64,000 bases of DNA from Candidatus Limnocylindrales bacterium (GCA_035559535.1 DATMBG010000036.1:1-64000); one strand, 5' to 3'; shown: positions 18,354 through 29,716, counted from the first letter of the stretch. Numbers and translations: made by a program. Notes: generated from the letters alone by a model not told the origin.

Positions 18354-19109
18354 ATGTCAGGCCATTCGAAGTGGAGTACGATCAAACATAAAAAAGCCAA
18401 GGCGGATGCGGAGAAGGGTAAACTTTTCACAAAGGCGATTAAAGAACTGACGATAGCAGCACGCATGGGAGGTGGGGATCCGGAGTCCAATCCAAGACTC
18501 AGAACAGCCATTGCAGCGGCCAAAGCCATTAATATGCCCAGTGAAAATATTGAACGGGCTATTAAGAAAGGAACCGGAGAATTACCGGGGGTTACCTATG
18601 AAGAGACCATCTATGAAGGTTATGGACCCGGAGGTGCGGCCCTTTTAATTGAAATTACCACCGATAACAAGAATCGTACGGTATCGGAGATCCGACATAT
18701 TCTATCCAGAAATGGAGGGAATATGGCCGAAAGTGGAGCAGTATCCTGGATGTTTCACAAAAAGGGACTTATTCTCGTAGATAAAGAAGCTATCGAGGAA
18801 GATGAGTTAATGACGGCGGTATTGGATGCCGGAGCTGAAGATATGAAAATCGAGGAAGGGAGTTACGAGATTACCACACAACCCGGAGATTTTGAGAAAG
18901 TTAAAAGAGCCATCGAGGATCTGGGTATTAAACCTTCCTTTGCTGAAGTGACCATGGTCCCCCAAACCACGGTGGTGGTTAAGGGGAAAGACGCCCAGCA
19001 ACTCTTGAAACTTATGGAAGCACTGGAAGACCATGATGATGTTCGGAAGGTTTATTCGAATTTTAATATCCCACAGGAAGAACTTCAAGCTATTGCGGAG
19101 GAAATGTGA
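18354..19109 (+). CDS. yebC: YebC/PmpR family protein
   Basis: [34 protein letters not shown] and LEDHDDV. Confidence 0.97.
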   Translation: MSGHSKWSTIKHKKAKADAEKGKLFTKAIKELTIAARMGGGDPESNPRLRTAIAAAKAINMPSENIERAIKKGTGELPGVTYEETIYEGYGPGGAALLIEITTDNKNRTVSEIRHILSRNGGNMAESGAVSWMFHKKGLILVDKEAIEEDELMTAVLDAGAEDMKIEEGSYEITTQPGDFEKVKRAIEDLGIKPSFAEVTMVPQTTVVVKGKDAQQLLKLMEALEDHDDVRKVYSNFNIPQEELQAIAEEM

Positions 19110-19606
19110 GCCTTCGGGTTTTGGGCGTAGATCCAGGATCTATTAAAAGCGGCTATGGTTTAATCGAAGAATCTCAGAGGAAGTTACAGACCCTCGATTT
19201 TGGAGCCATTTATACCCATCCGAAGGATCCCTTTCCGGTTCGTTTACTGGAAATTAAACGGGGCCTTGAGCAGGTTATTGCACGGTATCAGCCCGAAGTG
19301 ATGGCTTTAGAAGATGTGTTCTTTGCCAAAAATGTAAAATCCGCACTCAAATTGGGCCATGCAAGGGGAGTTATCCTGGTAACTGCCATAGAAGCCGGCC
19401 TCGAGGTTGTGGAGTATGCACCTTTAGAAATTAAACAGGCCGTGGTCGGTTATGGTCGGGCCGATAAACACCAAATCCAACAAATGGTAAAGATCCTCCT
19501 CGGACTCCGAGATATCCCCCAACCTGAAGATGCGGCAGACGCCCTTGCAGTAGCTATCTGTCATATCCATTCGGCGGAAATGAAGAGAAGACTCATGAAT
19601 TTGTAG
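19106..19606 (+). CDS. ruvC: crossover junction endodeoxyribonuclease RuvC
   Basis: VLGVDPG, EDVFF, LGHARG and [12 protein letters not shown]. Confidence 0.97.
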   Translation: MSLRVLGVDPGSIKSGYGLIEESQRKLQTLDFGAIYTHPKDPFPVRLLEIKRGLEQVIARYQPEVMALEDVFFAKNVKSALKLGHARGVILVTAIEAGLEVVEYAPLEIKQAVVGYGRADKHQIQQMVKILLGLRDIPQPEDAADALAVAICHIHSAEMKRRLMNL

Positions 19607-19798
19607 TATGGAAGTGGGGGGGTAGGGGAGGTATGGGGGTGTGGAGGTGTGGAGGGTGGAAGTATGGAAGTATGGGGGTATGGAAGGGTGGGAATGGGGG
19701 AGTGTGAGGGTATAGATACCTTCCTCACTTCCATACTCCCATACCCCCATACCTCCCACACTCCCATACCTCCCCTACCCCCCCACTTCCATACTACA
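19602..19798. repeat. ~200-bp palindromic octamer-repeat element (GTATGGGG/GTGTGGAG..CCCCATAC)
   Basis: TGTAGTATGGAAGTGGGGGG at the left end pairs with CCCCCACTTCCATACTACA at the right. It overlaps the ruvC stop, and a related element lies at 58073-58208. Confidence 0.8.
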
Positions 19799-19805
19799 GA
19801 CAAGG

Positions 19806-20402
19806 GTGATCGCAAGGCTTACAGGTAAGCTGATTTATAAATCTCCAGAATATATTGTCATAGATGTTGGGGGAGTGGGATATCAGGTTTCCGTTCCTTT
19901 ATCCACATTCTATGAGCTTCCAGAAAAAGGAGAAGTAATCGGTCTCCATATCTATACGGCAGTTCGGGAAGATGCCATTGAACTCTACGGCTTTTTAACT
20001 TTGGAAGAGCGGGAACTTTTTAAACTTTTGCTGACGGTATCTAAAATAGGCCCTAAGTTGGCTCGAAATATACTTTCTGGGATTTCTGTAAGTGAATTGA
20101 AGAATGCACTGATAACCTCTAATGTTTTAAAGTTAAATGCTATTCCGGGAGTTGGCCAGAAAACAGCCGAGAGGTTGGTATTGGAACTCAAGGATAAAAT
20201 TCCTGCTACCTCGGCTCTCCATGAAGCAACGGAGGAGATATCTCCAGATGAAAAAATTGGCGATGCACTCTCGGCCCTGGTAAATTTAGGATATAAACGA
20301 AATTTAGCCGAACAGGCAATTAAACGAGCCGTTGCTGAAATCGGTATAGAAAGTCCTCTGGAAGAGATTATCAGGATCTCTTTAAAATATTTTTCAGGTT
20401 AA
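19806..20402 (+). CDS. ruvA: Holliday junction branch migration protein RuvA
   Basis: VIDVGGVGYQV, VREDAIELYGF, IPGVGQKTAERLVLELKDK and ALVNLGY. Confidence 0.97.
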   Translation: MIARLTGKLIYKSPEYIVIDVGGVGYQVSVPLSTFYELPEKGEVIGLHIYTAVREDAIELYGFLTLEERELFKLLLTVSKIGPKLARNILSGISVSELKNALITSNVLKLNAIPGVGQKTAERLVLELKDKIPATSALHEATEEISPDEKIGDALSALVNLGYKRNLAEQAIKRAVAEIGIESPLEEIIRISLKYFSG

Positions 20403-20461
20403 AAATCTGTTGTCTGTTGTCAGAAAGGATGTACAATGGACAACGGACAACGGACAAATAG

Positions 20462-21508
20462 ATGAATAAGAATCAAAGGAATAATCTTAATACGATTCCT
20501 GCTCGAATCGAGGAAGACGTTTTATTGGATACCAGTCTTCGGCCTCAGGGTTTTTCGGATTACATCGGACAGGAAAAAGTTAAGGAAAATCTCCATATAT
20601 TTATCCAGGCGGCTAAAAAAAGAGGGGAAGCCCTGGATCATGCATTGTTTTACGGGCCACCTGGCTTAGGTAAGACGACCCTGGCCTATATTATAGCCCG
20701 TGAAATGAACGTAAATATCAAAACCACATCGGGTCCGGTTATTGAACATGCCGGGGAGTTGTCTGCAATTTTGACTAATTTGGGAGAAAAGGACGTTTTA
20801 TTTATTGATGAAATCCATCGCTTAAATCGGGTGGTTGAGGAGATTTTATATCCGGCTATGGAGGATTTTCAACTCGACCTGATCGTAGGCCAGGGTCCCA
20901 GTGCCCGATCCATCAAGATGAATCTTCCCAAGTTTACCCTGGTAGGTGCTACAACTCGAGCAGGATTATTGACCTCTCCTCTCCGGGATAGATTTGGGAT
21001 CGTACACCGTCTGGAGTTTTATACCCCTGAAGAACTCAAACAAATTGTTCGGCGGTCCGCCCGAATCCTCCAGATTGAAATCGAGGAATCCGGTGCCTTG
21101 GAAATCGCTAAACGCTCTCGGGGAACTCCCCGGATTGCCAACCGGCTCCTTCGTCGGGTCCGGGATTATGCCCAGGTAAAAGCGCAAGGAGTTATTACCC
21201 AGGAAGTGGCCGATAAGGCGTTAAAAATGCTGGAAGTCGATGAACAGGGCCTCGATCAGATGGATCGTAGATTACTGCTTACCATCATCGAAAAATACGA
21301 CGGGGGACCGGTAGGATTGGAAACCCTGGCTGCAGCCATCGGTGAAGAAAAGGATACCCTGGAAGATGTTTATGAACCCTTCTTGATCCAGTTGGGTTAT
21401 CTTGAACGAACGCCACGGGGTCGGAAGGCAACCCGCCTGGCTTATGAACATTTTGGGATAGAACCCGACGCCAGACAAACAAATCTCTGGACGAAAGAAA
21501 AAAGATAA
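20462..21508 (+). CDS. ruvB: Holliday junction DNA helicase RuvB
   Basis: [41 protein letters not shown] and RTPRGR. Confidence 0.98.
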   Translation: MNKNQRNNLNTIPARIEEDVLLDTSLRPQGFSDYIGQEKVKENLHIFIQAAKKRGEALDHALFYGPPGLGKTTLAYIIAREMNVNIKTTSGPVIEHAGELSAILTNLGEKDVLFIDEIHRLNRVVEEILYPAMEDFQLDLIVGQGPSARSIKMNLPKFTLVGATTRAGLLTSPLRDRFGIVHRLEFYTPEELKQIVRRSARILQIEIEESGALEIAKRSRGTPRIANRLLRRVRDYAQVKAQGVITQEVADKALKMLEVDEQGLDQMDRRLLLTIIEKYDGGPVGLETLAAAIGEEKDTLEDVYEPFLIQLGYLERTPRGRKATRLAYEHFGIEPDARQTNLWTKEKR

Positions 21509-21577
21509 GATCTCCGGTCCGTTGTTTACCACCGATGACAACCCCTGACTAACAACGGATCAGAGACCTTCCGTCAC

Positions 21578-22318
21578 GTGTTAAACATTGCACATCGAGG
21601 AGCTTCAGGGTATTATCCCGAGAATACCTTAAGGGCGTTTCAACAGGCTGTGAAAATGGGAGCCGATATGATAGAATTAGATGTGCACCTGACAAAAGAT
21701 GGGGAAGTCGTGGTGATTCACGATGAAACGCTGGAAAGAACAACCAACGGAAGGGGATACGTCCGGGATTATACTTTATCTGAGTTAAAGAAACTGGATG
21801 CAGGCTCCTGGTATAAATCCGAATTTGCCGGAGAGAGAATTCCTACTTTGGAAGAAGTGTTACAGAGCCTGAAAGGAAAAGTTCAGTTTAATATCGAAAT
21901 TAAAAATGGACCCATTTACTACCGGGGTATCGAGGAAAAAATACTGACCCTTCTCTCAAAACACGACCTGAAGGATCAGGTCGTCATCTCTTCCTTTGAT
22001 CATCGGTGTTTAAAAAAAATCAGAGAGATGAATCCAGAGCTGACTACGGGGTCTCTGGTCAAACTAGGGGTTCTTTATGTGGCCAGACTGCTAAGACCTG
22101 AAAAAATAGCACAATCGGTGGGAGCTACAGGCCTTCATTTAAATAAATCCTATGTAACCCCGGGTCTTGTTCGTCGAGCCAGGCAACATGGACTAAGAGT
22201 CCTGGTGTGGACCGTTAATGAACCGGCCCAGATGTCCTATTTTATTAAAATGGGTGTAGACGGAATCGTGACCAACTTTCCGGACAGGCTTAAAAATGAG
22301 CTAAAGGGTTTCAAGTGA
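21578..22318 (+). CDS. glycerophosphodiester phosphodiesterase
   Basis: IAHRGAS..PENT, IELDVHLTKDG..HD, NIEIK and WTVN..GVDGIVTNFPD. Confidence 0.93.
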   Translation: MLNIAHRGASGYYPENTLRAFQQAVKMGADMIELDVHLTKDGEVVVIHDETLERTTNGRGYVRDYTLSELKKLDAGSWYKSEFAGERIPTLEEVLQSLKGKVQFNIEIKNGPIYYRGIEEKILTLLSKHDLKDQVVISSFDHRCLKKIREMNPELTTGSLVKLGVLYVARLLRPEKIAQSVGATGLHLNKSYVTPGLVRRARQHGLRVLVWTVNEPAQMSYFIKMGVDGIVTNFPDRLKNELKGFK

Positions 22319-22329
22319 AGGAAAAGGTT

Positions 22330-22437
22330 TTAAGTTTTTAAGCGGTTAAAGTGTTTAAAGTGCTTAAAGTACCTAAAGTGAACGAAAGTTAAAAAAAACT
22401 TTGGAGACTTTAGGTACTTTAAACCCTTTAGGCACTT
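22330..22437. repeat. palindromic 9-mer tandem repeat (TAAAGTGCT/TAAAGTACC..ACTTTAGGT)
   Basis: TTAAAGTGTTTAAAGTGCTTAAAGTACCTAAAGT followed by ACTTTAGGTACTTTAAA. Confidence 0.65.
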
Positions 22438-22443
22438 CTAAAG

Positions 22444-23736
22444 ATGGAACAAATTGTTGCGATGCTCCTGGCCGGAGGGCAGGGAAGCCGGCTGAATATC
22501 CTTGCAAGTGAGCGTGCCAAGCCGGCAGTTCCGTTTGGAGGTGCTTATCGGATCATCGATTTTACGCTAAGTAATATCATGTATTCGGGAATCGAGAATG
22601 TGGGCGTTCTGACCCAATATCGTCCCAGCTCTCTCATGGACCATATCGGTCAGGGAGAAGCCTGGGATCTTGTGGGTCGACGCCGGGGGGTAAAAATTCT
22701 TCCTCCTTACACAGGTACAACGAGTGCAGATTGGTATAAAGGAACTGCCGATGCCGTCTTCCAAAATTTACAATATCTATGGGATCATAATCCGGATTTG
22801 GTTTTGATCCTCTCCGGGGACCACATCTACAAGATGGATTATGTTCCCATGATTGAATACCATATCTCTAAAAAAGCGGATTTAACTTTGGCCGTTATGA
22901 AAGTATCCCTTGAAGAAGCTACCCGATTCGGTACGGTATTTATAAATCCAGACGGCCAGGTTACCGGATTTGAGGAAAAGCCTAAAAAACCCAGGAGTAC
23001 CCTGGGATCTCTTGGGATTTACGTCTTTAAAGCAGAGGTACTTTATAAGACCCTTCTAGAAGATGCCAAACGGGCGTCATCCTCCCACGATTTTGGTAAG
23101 GATATTATCCCCGGGATGTTAGCAAGCTATAAGATTTATGCCTATCCCTTTGAGGGGTATTGGCGAGACGTGGGGACCATTCAATCGTATCTGGATGCCA
23201 ATATGGATATTTTAGACTATAACTCGGGGTTAGATCTTGCTAAGTGGAGGGTCCGTACCAATCAGGAAGATCGGTACCTGGGAGACAGGCCCCCGGCTAA
23301 GTTCCTGGGAGAGGGAAGAGCCGTAAATTCCATCGTCTGTCGGGGATGCATTATCAGTGGAAGCGTGGAAAACAGTATCCTCTCGCCTGGAGTTATTATC
23401 CATAAAGGAGCTAAAGTCCGAAACTCGGTCGTAATGCATGATTGTGTCATCGAAGAAGATGTCATCCTGGATAAAGTCATCCTGGATAAAGACGTAAAGG
23501 TCGGCGCAAAGTCTATAGTGGGTTATGGAGAGGACAACCCTCCCAATGAAAAGTTCCCAACCCATCTCTATACGGGAATTACCGTGGTTGGAAAAGGAGC
23601 CGTATTACCGGAAGGGGTGCAAATAGGAAGAAATTGTATTATTTATCCCAGGGTACGACCTACTCAGTTTACCGACAAGTATCTCAAGAGTGGAAGTACT
23701 GTGTTTAATGAAGAAAGCCAGGGAGTAAAGCAATGA
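22444..23736 (+). CDS. glgC: glucose-1-phosphate adenylyltransferase
   Basis: LLAGGQGSRL, RAKPAVPFGG, WYKGTADAV, LSGDHIYKMDY, FEEKP, DFGKDIIP and YWRDVGT. Confidence 0.95.
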   Translation: MEQIVAMLLAGGQGSRLNILASERAKPAVPFGGAYRIIDFTLSNIMYSGIENVGVLTQYRPSSLMDHIGQGEAWDLVGRRRGVKILPPYTGTTSADWYKGTADAVFQNLQYLWDHNPDLVLILSGDHIYKMDYVPMIEYHISKKADLTLAVMKVSLEEATRFGTVFINPDGQVTGFEEKPKKPRSTLGSLGIYVFKAEVLYKTLLEDAKRASSSHDFGKDIIPGMLASYKIYAYPFEGYWRDVGTIQSYLDANMDILDYNSGLDLAKWRVRTNQEDRYLGDRPPAKFLGEGRAVNSIVCRGCIISGSVENSILSPGVIIHKGAKVRNSVVMHDCVIEEDVILDKVILDKDVKVGAKSIVGYGEDNPPNEKFPTHLYTGITVVGKGAVLPEGVQIGRNCIIYPRVRPTQFTDKYLKSGSTVFNEESQGVKQ

Positions 23737-23737
23737 A

Positions 23738-24050
23738 GGAAGGGGAGTCGGAGGGGGCGGGTCCAAAAAACCTGCCCCAGAAAGCCCTTGAGGGGGTGAG
23801 GGGGCTTAGAGGCGCCAGGATAAGGGTGAGATCCCTGAGGGAGGGCGCCTTAACCTGGTGCGTGTATAGGGATTTAGGGGTGTTCAGACAGAAAAAAGTG
23901 ACACCTACTAACCTTACCGTTACTTCGGTTAATCCTGAGACCCAAAACCGTCATTGTGGGAAGAACTTCGTCGGTGCCCACCCTGAATTTATCGAAGGCC
24001 CAGCCCAGCATAAACTTCGTTCCTGCCGTTGCCGGCAATGATAGCCCTAA
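23738..24050. repeat. composite intergenic repeat region sharing blocks with 43551-43597 and 46917-46960
   Basis: GGAAGGGGAGTCGGAGG..GGTCCAAA recurs at 43551, and GGGGCTTAGA..GCCAGGATAAG.GTGAGATCC recurs at 46920. Confidence 0.55.
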
Positions 24051-24075
24051 AGTATCCTTCTCAACTTGCAAGGTA

Positions 24076-27000
24076 TCATTCCCTGGTTCCACTAACCGGA
24101 ATATCCCCTGGAAATCCCCATTGAATTGAAGAAGATTTTGTAAATCTGGAAGAAGAAGTTAAAATCTCCCAGTTTCCATTTTGGGGACGCCAGATAGCCA
24201 GATCTACTCTCTTATCCCCGTCGTAATCTGCGGGGACCGGTACATCTCCTGGCAAACCCCATACCTTGGGGATGGTCCTGTTTCCTGCCAGGATTTCCCA
24301 TGTCCCATCAGTTGGTCGCCATACTGCGAGATTCGTAATTCCATTCCCGTCATAATCGGCTGCAACGGGAATATCACCGGGTTGACCGAACTTCTGGATG
24401 AGAAACCCAAATTGAGAAAGAAGGATATACCAGGTCTGATCGCTGGGTCGCCAGACTCCCACGTCGATCACTCCATCTCCATCGTAATCCCCGGGTACCG
24501 GAATATCTCCTTCCACCCCCCAGGTTACAAAGTTAAAGCCGCCTCGAGATCCAAAGATATACCAGGTTCCATCACTGGGTCGCCATACTGCCAGGTCTGT
24601 TTTTTGATCTCCATCATAATCTCGGGGTACCGGAATGTCTCCTCCCACCCCCCAAGGTATGAAGTTAAAGCCACCTCGAGATCCAAAGATATACCAGGTT
24701 CCATCACTGGGTCGCCATACCGCCAGGTCTGTTCTCTTATCCCCATCGTAATCTCCTGGAACCGGAACGTCCCCTTCCAGGCCCCAATCCAGAAAAGTAA
24801 GTCCTAAGAAGGAATTCTGAATATACCATCTTCCTTCGGAAGGTCGCCAAACGGCAAGATCCAGTTTGTTATCCCTATCAAAATCCGATGAATCCACGAT
24901 AGAAGGATTTCTTATCACCATAAGACCGTTAGCCAAGGTAGAGGATTGTCCATCCAGGGCATTGAGGGTCACATTTCTTGAGCCCGGTGAGATGGAAATA
25001 CCAGGAGTAAAATCGATCAGGAGTTGATTGTTAGGGAGACCAGTAAGCGAGTGAATCGTAAAGCCAGGGCCGAAGTCTACGGTCATTGCGGCCTGGAAAT
25101 CGGCTCCGGATAAGACGGTTTGACTACGAATCCCCGGAATAACCACGGAAGGGGTCAGTGTGGTAACCGAGGGTGGCGGGGGGAAGAAAACCAGGATTCG
25201 ATTATTGTCATTATCTGCCACGTATAATCTTCCAAAATCATCTACCCCAAGACCCACCGGGGTAAAGAAAGAGTTAGCGCTGATCCCTCCGTTATTCGCG
25301 AGGGCTGTGGTAAAATTTCCTCCCTGCCCCAGAACCAGATCGGCTACCTGATCCGTTGTGAGAGGGGACATAAAAAGCAGGACCCGATGATTACCCGCAT
25401 CGGCAATATAAACATTTCCAAAGTTATCCCAGGTAACTCCTTGCGGTGAACAGAGGGAGTTTGCACTTCTTCCTCCCGTATTACAGGTGTTCGTCGTAAA
25501 GCTTCCCCCCTGACCAAAGACCCGATCTGCCTGGGTATCGGAAGTCAAAGGATTATCAAACTCCAAAACCCGATGGTTATCCCGATCGGTTACCAGCAGG
25601 TTTCCTAAATTATCTACGGCAAGTTCCCAGGGAGAGCATAAAGAACCTGCATGGATACCCCCGTTATTACAGGTGTTCGTCGTAAAGCTTCCCCCCTGAC
25701 CAAAGACCCGATCTGCCTGGGTATCGGAAGTCAAAGGATTATCAAACTCCAAAACCCGATGGTTATTACTGTCGGATACGTAAAGATTTCCCAATTTATC
25801 CACCGCAACTCCCAAAGGAATACAGAGCGAGTTGGCACTGAGACCTCCTTTATTACAGGCATTGGTAGTAAAATCTCCTCCCTGACCAAACACCTTATCC
25901 GCAATGGTATCGGTGGTAAAAGGACTGTTATATTCCAGGATCCGGTTATTATTAAAATCGGCGACATAAAGGTTTCCGTTGGAATCCACAGCAATGCCTA
26001 TAGGCAGGCAAAGAGAAGAAGCACTTATGCCACCGGTATTGCAGCCTGCCGAAAAGAAATCCGGCTGTCCAATGACCAAATCGGCGGGTTTTCCATTAAT
26101 AAGGGATAGGACATCCTTATAACCGAGTATCCGGCTGTTGGTTGTATCTGTTACATACAACCGATTCGGGATTACACTCCGATCTATGGCTACCCCAAAT
26201 GGGTCAAAAAGTCCCTGGGCATCTGTGAAATCAGGAAAAAAGGTTGTAAATAACTTTTGCCCGAAAACTTTATCGGCAATGGTATCCGAAGTTAAAGGAG
26301 TTTGATACATGAGAATCCGATTATTGGAGAAATCCGATACATAGGCATTTCCAGAACTATCAAAAGTAACCCCTATGGGGGTACAGAGGGAAGCGGCAGT
26401 AACCCCTCCGCTATTACAGGTATTGGTATTAAAGTTTCCCCCCTGACCGAATACGCGATCCGCCTGGGTATCGGAAGTCAAAGGATTATCAAACTCCAGG
26501 ACTCGGTGATTGTTGGTATCAACGATATAAAGATTTCCATTTGGATCTATCTTTGCATCTTGGGGAAAGCAAAGAGAATTCTGGCTGGTTCCACCATTAT
26601 TACAGACGTTGGATCCAAAACTTCCATTCTGACCGAAGACCCTATCTGCCACCGGGTCGGCGGATTGTGGATTATCAAACTCGAGGACCCGGTTGTTATT
26701 GGTGTCAACGATATAAATGTTCCCGGCCTGGTCCACTACAATCCCTACAGGAAGACAAAGGGAATTGCCGGCAACGCCTCCATTATTGCAGGCATTACTT
26801 GCAAAGTTTCCCCCCTGACCAAAAACCCTATTGGCTACCTGGGAGGTCAGGGGATTGTTATATTCAAGGACCCGATTATTTTTAGAATCGCTGATATAGA
26901 GAATTCCCGCATTACTGATGTAAATACCCTGAGGACCACACAGTGAGCCTGCCTGAATGCCTCCATTGTTACAGGTATTGGAACTAAAACTACCGCCCTG

Positions 27001-27540
27001 ACCAAAGACCCTGTCCGCCAAAGTATCGGTCGTAAAGGGTGAGTCATACTCCAGGACCCGATTATTATCACTATCGGCAACATAGAGATTCCCGGCATTA
27101 TCGACAATAATCCCTAAAGGGGTACAGAGGGAACCGGGACCCAGGCCACTGGAATTACAACCTGAAGAGAAAAAGTCCGGCTGTCCGATTACTAAATCCG
27201 CCGGATTACCGTTTACAAAAGAACTGATATCCCGATAACCTAAAATTCTATGATTTTTACTGTCGGTGACATAAAGACGGTTCGGATTGACACTTCGATC
27301 TATGGCAACTCCAAAAGGAAGATTAAATCCCTTGGCATCTACCAGATTATCGGTTCCCCTGTTAAAAGCTACCTGCCCGATCACTATATCGGCCGTGGTA
27401 TCGGAGATCGCCCCCCATCCAGGCAGAGCAAACCCCAACAGTAAGATCCAGATTCCTACCACCACACCCCCCAGGTCTCTCCGATTCTTCCCATCTAACA
27501 AAGTTTTCAGGTAGACATAATAAAACTCTTTCTTGTCCAT
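24076..27540 (-). CDS. secreted NHL-repeat (beta-propeller) protein with an Ig/IPT-like domain and C-terminal FG-GAP/VCBS repeats
   Basis: Hydrophobic signal-like stretch ending LPGWG, about 12 repeats of SLCxPxGxxxDxxGNLYVxDxxNNRVL..ADRVFGQ, then DYDGDxxxDLAVWRPSDGTW repeats. Confidence 0.9.
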   Translation of the reverse strand: MDKKEFYYVYLKTLLDGKNRRDLGGVVVGIWILLLGFALPGWGAISDTTADIVIGQVAFNRGTDNLVDAKGFNLPFGVAIDRSVNPNRLYVTDSKNHRILGYRDISSFVNGNPADLVIGQPDFFSSGCNSSGLGPGSLCTPLGIIVDNAGNLYVADSDNNRVLEYDSPFTTDTLADRVFGQGGSFSSNTCNNGGIQAGSLCGPQGIYISNAGILYISDSKNNRVLEYNNPLTSQVANRVFGQGGNFASNACNNGGVAGNSLCLPVGIVVDQAGNIYIVDTNNNRVLEFDNPQSADPVADRVFGQNGSFGSNVCNNGGTSQNSLCFPQDAKIDPNGNLYIVDTNNHRVLEFDNPLTSDTQADRVFGQGGNFNTNTCNSGGVTAASLCTPIGVTFDSSGNAYVSDFSNNRILMYQTPLTSDTIADKVFGQKLFTTFFPDFTDAQGLFDPFGVAIDRSVIPNRLYVTDTTNSRILGYKDVLSLINGKPADLVIGQPDFFSAGCNTGGISASSLCLPIGIAVDSNGNLYVADFNNNRILEYNSPFTTDTIADKVFGQGGDFTTNACNKGGLSANSLCIPLGVAVDKLGNLYVSDSNNHRVLEFDNPLTSDTQADRVFGQGGSFTTNTCNNGGIHAGSLCSPWELAVDNLGNLLVTDRDNHRVLEFDNPLTSDTQADRVFGQGGSFTTNTCNTGGRSANSLCSPQGVTWDNFGNVYIADAGNHRVLLFMSPLTTDQVADLVLGQGGNFTTALANNGGISANSFFTPVGLGVDDFGRLYVADNDNNRILVFFPPPPSVTTLTPSVVIPGIRSQTVLSGADFQAAMTVDFGPGFTIHSLTGLPNNQLLIDFTPGISISPGSRNVTLNALDGQSSTLANGLMVIRNPSIVDSSDFDRDNKLDLAVWRPSEGRWYIQNSFLGLTFLDWGLEGDVPVPGDYDGDKRTDLAVWRPSDGTWYIFGSRGGFNFIPWGVGGDIPVPRDYDGDQKTDLAVWRPSDGTWYIFGSRGGFNFVTWGVEGDIPVPGDYDGDGVIDVGVWRPSDQTWYILLSQFGFLIQKFGQPGDIPVAADYDGNGITNLAVWRPTDGTWEILAGNRTIPKVWGLPGDVPVPADYDGDKRVDLAIWRPQNGNWEILTSSSRFTKSSSIQWGFPGDIPVSGTRE

Positions 27541-27727
27541 AGTCTTAGCTTTTACCCTGTTAGTTACTTCTTTTTATTTTTCTATAAAAAAAGAAGTAAA
27601 ACTATCAAAGTAAAAAAATTTATAGGAAAAGTTTTCATATAAGACAGGTTTTTGTGGTTACAGCTTGCGATAGCAATATATATACCAGGATAAAACCGGT
27701 CAATTAAGAATAAATGATCTCATTACT

Positions 27728-29716
27728 TTATTCTTCAGGTCTTTGGAATAAGTTCTTTAGATAAAGAGAATTATAGGATTCCGGGTTGAACCGTCTGGTC
27801 AGGCTTCTGACTATTTCAATTTTTTGGACGGAGGCTTCTTCTTCTCCAAGGGCCGACAGAACTTTACTTAGGAGATAATACCCTCCGATAAAATTAGGTT
27901 CTAAATCCAGGGCTTTTTTTAGCTGTTCCCGAGCTTCTGAATATCGCTTCAGTTTAATATAGAGATAGGCTAAATTGTACCTCAGAAAGGGATCAAAGGG
28001 GCTTAACGCAATGGCCTGGTGATAGTCCGTAATTCCCTTCAGGAGAGTCTGTTCGGTGGGGAGAAGCCGTCTGGCGAGTTCGACATATAGAGTGGCCCGA
28101 TGATAATAAAATTGAGCTTCCCTTGAATTCCAATGGATAGCTTCCGAGAATTCTTTAACTCCTCCGTAAAAAGCCTCCCAGTTGGGATGATTTTTGAAAG
28201 CTGTGGTATAAAGGGTTCCCAGAAGATCATGATAATAAGGATGGATCGGTACGTAGGTCAGGGCCCGATTCAATTTCTCAATAGCCTCCAGGGGCTTACC
28301 CCGATCCAATGACTCCTGGGCCTTGAGATAATAGAAGTGTCCCAAAAAAGGGTAAAGAATTACAACCGTCCAAAAATAGAGGGATAAAAGGGATGCGAAG
28401 ATACGGAAACGCAAAGATGGTGAAGCACGGAAACGTGGGAAATTATTTTCTCTCTCTACCTTTCCAGATACAAAGGTATTCCGGTCGTTGGGCTCATGGA
28501 GTAGAAGGACCATGAGTACAACTGTTGTAATGGAAATAGCCGGTGAGTGAAAAACACTATTTACAAGGCTTTGAATAAGTACTGCCAATAGGGCGATCAG
28601 AAGGCTTTCTTTGATTTTTGATGAGGCTCTCCCCTGGAGTCCGAACCGGAATATCCAAACAACTAAAGTTATAGCAAGGATTAACCCGGGTATTCCCAAC
28701 TCAGCCCCCACTTGCAAGAACTCATTATGGGCCAGATCGGTCGTTTTTGAATAACGGGCAATCCAGTTTTCCGTAGGAAATCGATATTGCTCAAAATACT
28801 CCCCAAAGGTTCCTAAACCTACCCCCCCTACAGGATGATCCCGAATCATGGCCAGACTACTCTTCCAGATCTGAATCCGATCATAGGCAAAGGGATCCCC
28901 CTGTTTCCACCCCAGGAGTTGAGTGCGCCAGGGATTTGGAATCAAAAAGAATAAAAGCAAAGCGGTAAGGACTCCATAAAAAGTCTTTCTATAGTGACAG
29001 TACAACAAAGCCAACACAGCCACTATCAAGCTTATAACGCCCCCTCGGGAACGGGTGGCCAGTGTCATCCAACCTAAGAGAACTGCCCCGGTTAAATACC
29101 CCAATCCCACAAGGGATAAAGTTATCCGACTTGCCAGCAGGACAAAGCCGATTACAAGAAAGGTGGCAAAGTCATTAATATTGATAAATCCTGATAAAAA
29201 TTGGCCTTCAGGGGTTAGATAGTTATGATAGAGAGCCCCTATAGCCTGGATAAAAATACTCGTAAGAAGGGCCAGTCGAAGGATATCCGGATACTTTTTA
29301 TGATAACATAATTCTCGACCCAAAATAAATACCCCTACATAACTGAGCAGCTTAACTATTTCCTGAAGGGTGGCATAGAGGTACTTCGTAATAAAGAGGG
29401 AGCAAAGGCTCCAGAGAGTCAAAAGAATGAGAACCCGATATACAGTCCGGGGCCCGGTGTTCCAGATCGGCTGTTCTGGGTTTTTAACGTCTACCGGATA
29501 ACAAAAGATTCCCAATCCCGGACCCCGGATAACCTGAAGGGTTATCAGAAAAAGGACCAGAGTCTGGGTAATGAATAAGGCCAGAGAATTACCGCCACCC
29601 TCATTAAAAGGAATAAAGATAAGTAAAAAGCAGAGTCCCAGCAAAGTAATGTCAGACATCCCGGATCTTATAATTTGCGGAAAAACCTTTACCGGTAAAA
29701 CCATTTTAGGTATCAT
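27728..29716 (-). CDS. O-antigen ligase/O-oligosaccharyltransferase family membrane protein with C-terminal TPRs
   Basis: TRSRGG, RIQIWKSSLAMIRDHPVGGVGLGTF and AHNEFLQVGAELGIPG, followed by TPR-like helices. Confidence 0.88.
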   Translation of the reverse strand: MIPKMVLPVKVFPQIIRSGMSDITLLGLCFLLIFIPFNEGGGNSLALFITQTLVLFLITLQVIRGPGLGIFCYPVDVKNPEQPIWNTGPRTVYRVLILLTLWSLCSLFITKYLYATLQEIVKLLSYVGVFILGRELCYHKKYPDILRLALLTSIFIQAIGALYHNYLTPEGQFLSGFININDFATFLVIGFVLLASRITLSLVGLGYLTGAVLLGWMTLATRSRGGVISLIVAVLALLYCHYRKTFYGVLTALLLFFLIPNPWRTQLLGWKQGDPFAYDRIQIWKSSLAMIRDHPVGGVGLGTFGEYFEQYRFPTENWIARYSKTTDLAHNEFLQVGAELGIPGLILAITLVVWIFRFGLQGRASSKIKESLLIALLAVLIQSLVNSVFHSPAISITTVVLMVLLLHEPNDRNTFVSGKVERENNFPRFRASPSLRFRIFASLLSLYFWTVVILYPFLGHFYYLKAQESLDRGKPLEAIEKLNRALTYVPIHPYYHDLLGTLYTTAFKNHPNWEAFYGGVKEFSEAIHWNSREAQFYYHRATLYVELARRLLPTEQTLLKGITDYHQAIALSPFDPFLRYNLAYLYIKLKRYSEAREQLKKALDLEPNFIGGYYLLSKVLSALGEEEASVQKIEIVRSLTRRFNPESYNSLYLKNLFQRPEE

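Noticed and set aside
19602..19798. CRISPR array in the intergenic repeats
   Set aside because: Units are 7-9-nt degenerate tandem repeats in inverted arrangement with no unique spacers, and there are no cas genes.
23733..24041. 102-aa ORF after glgC, and similar ORFs at 19424-19815, 46912-47388 and 58148-58413
   Set aside because: They are translations of repeat DNA or overlap real genes, with no protein-like motifs.
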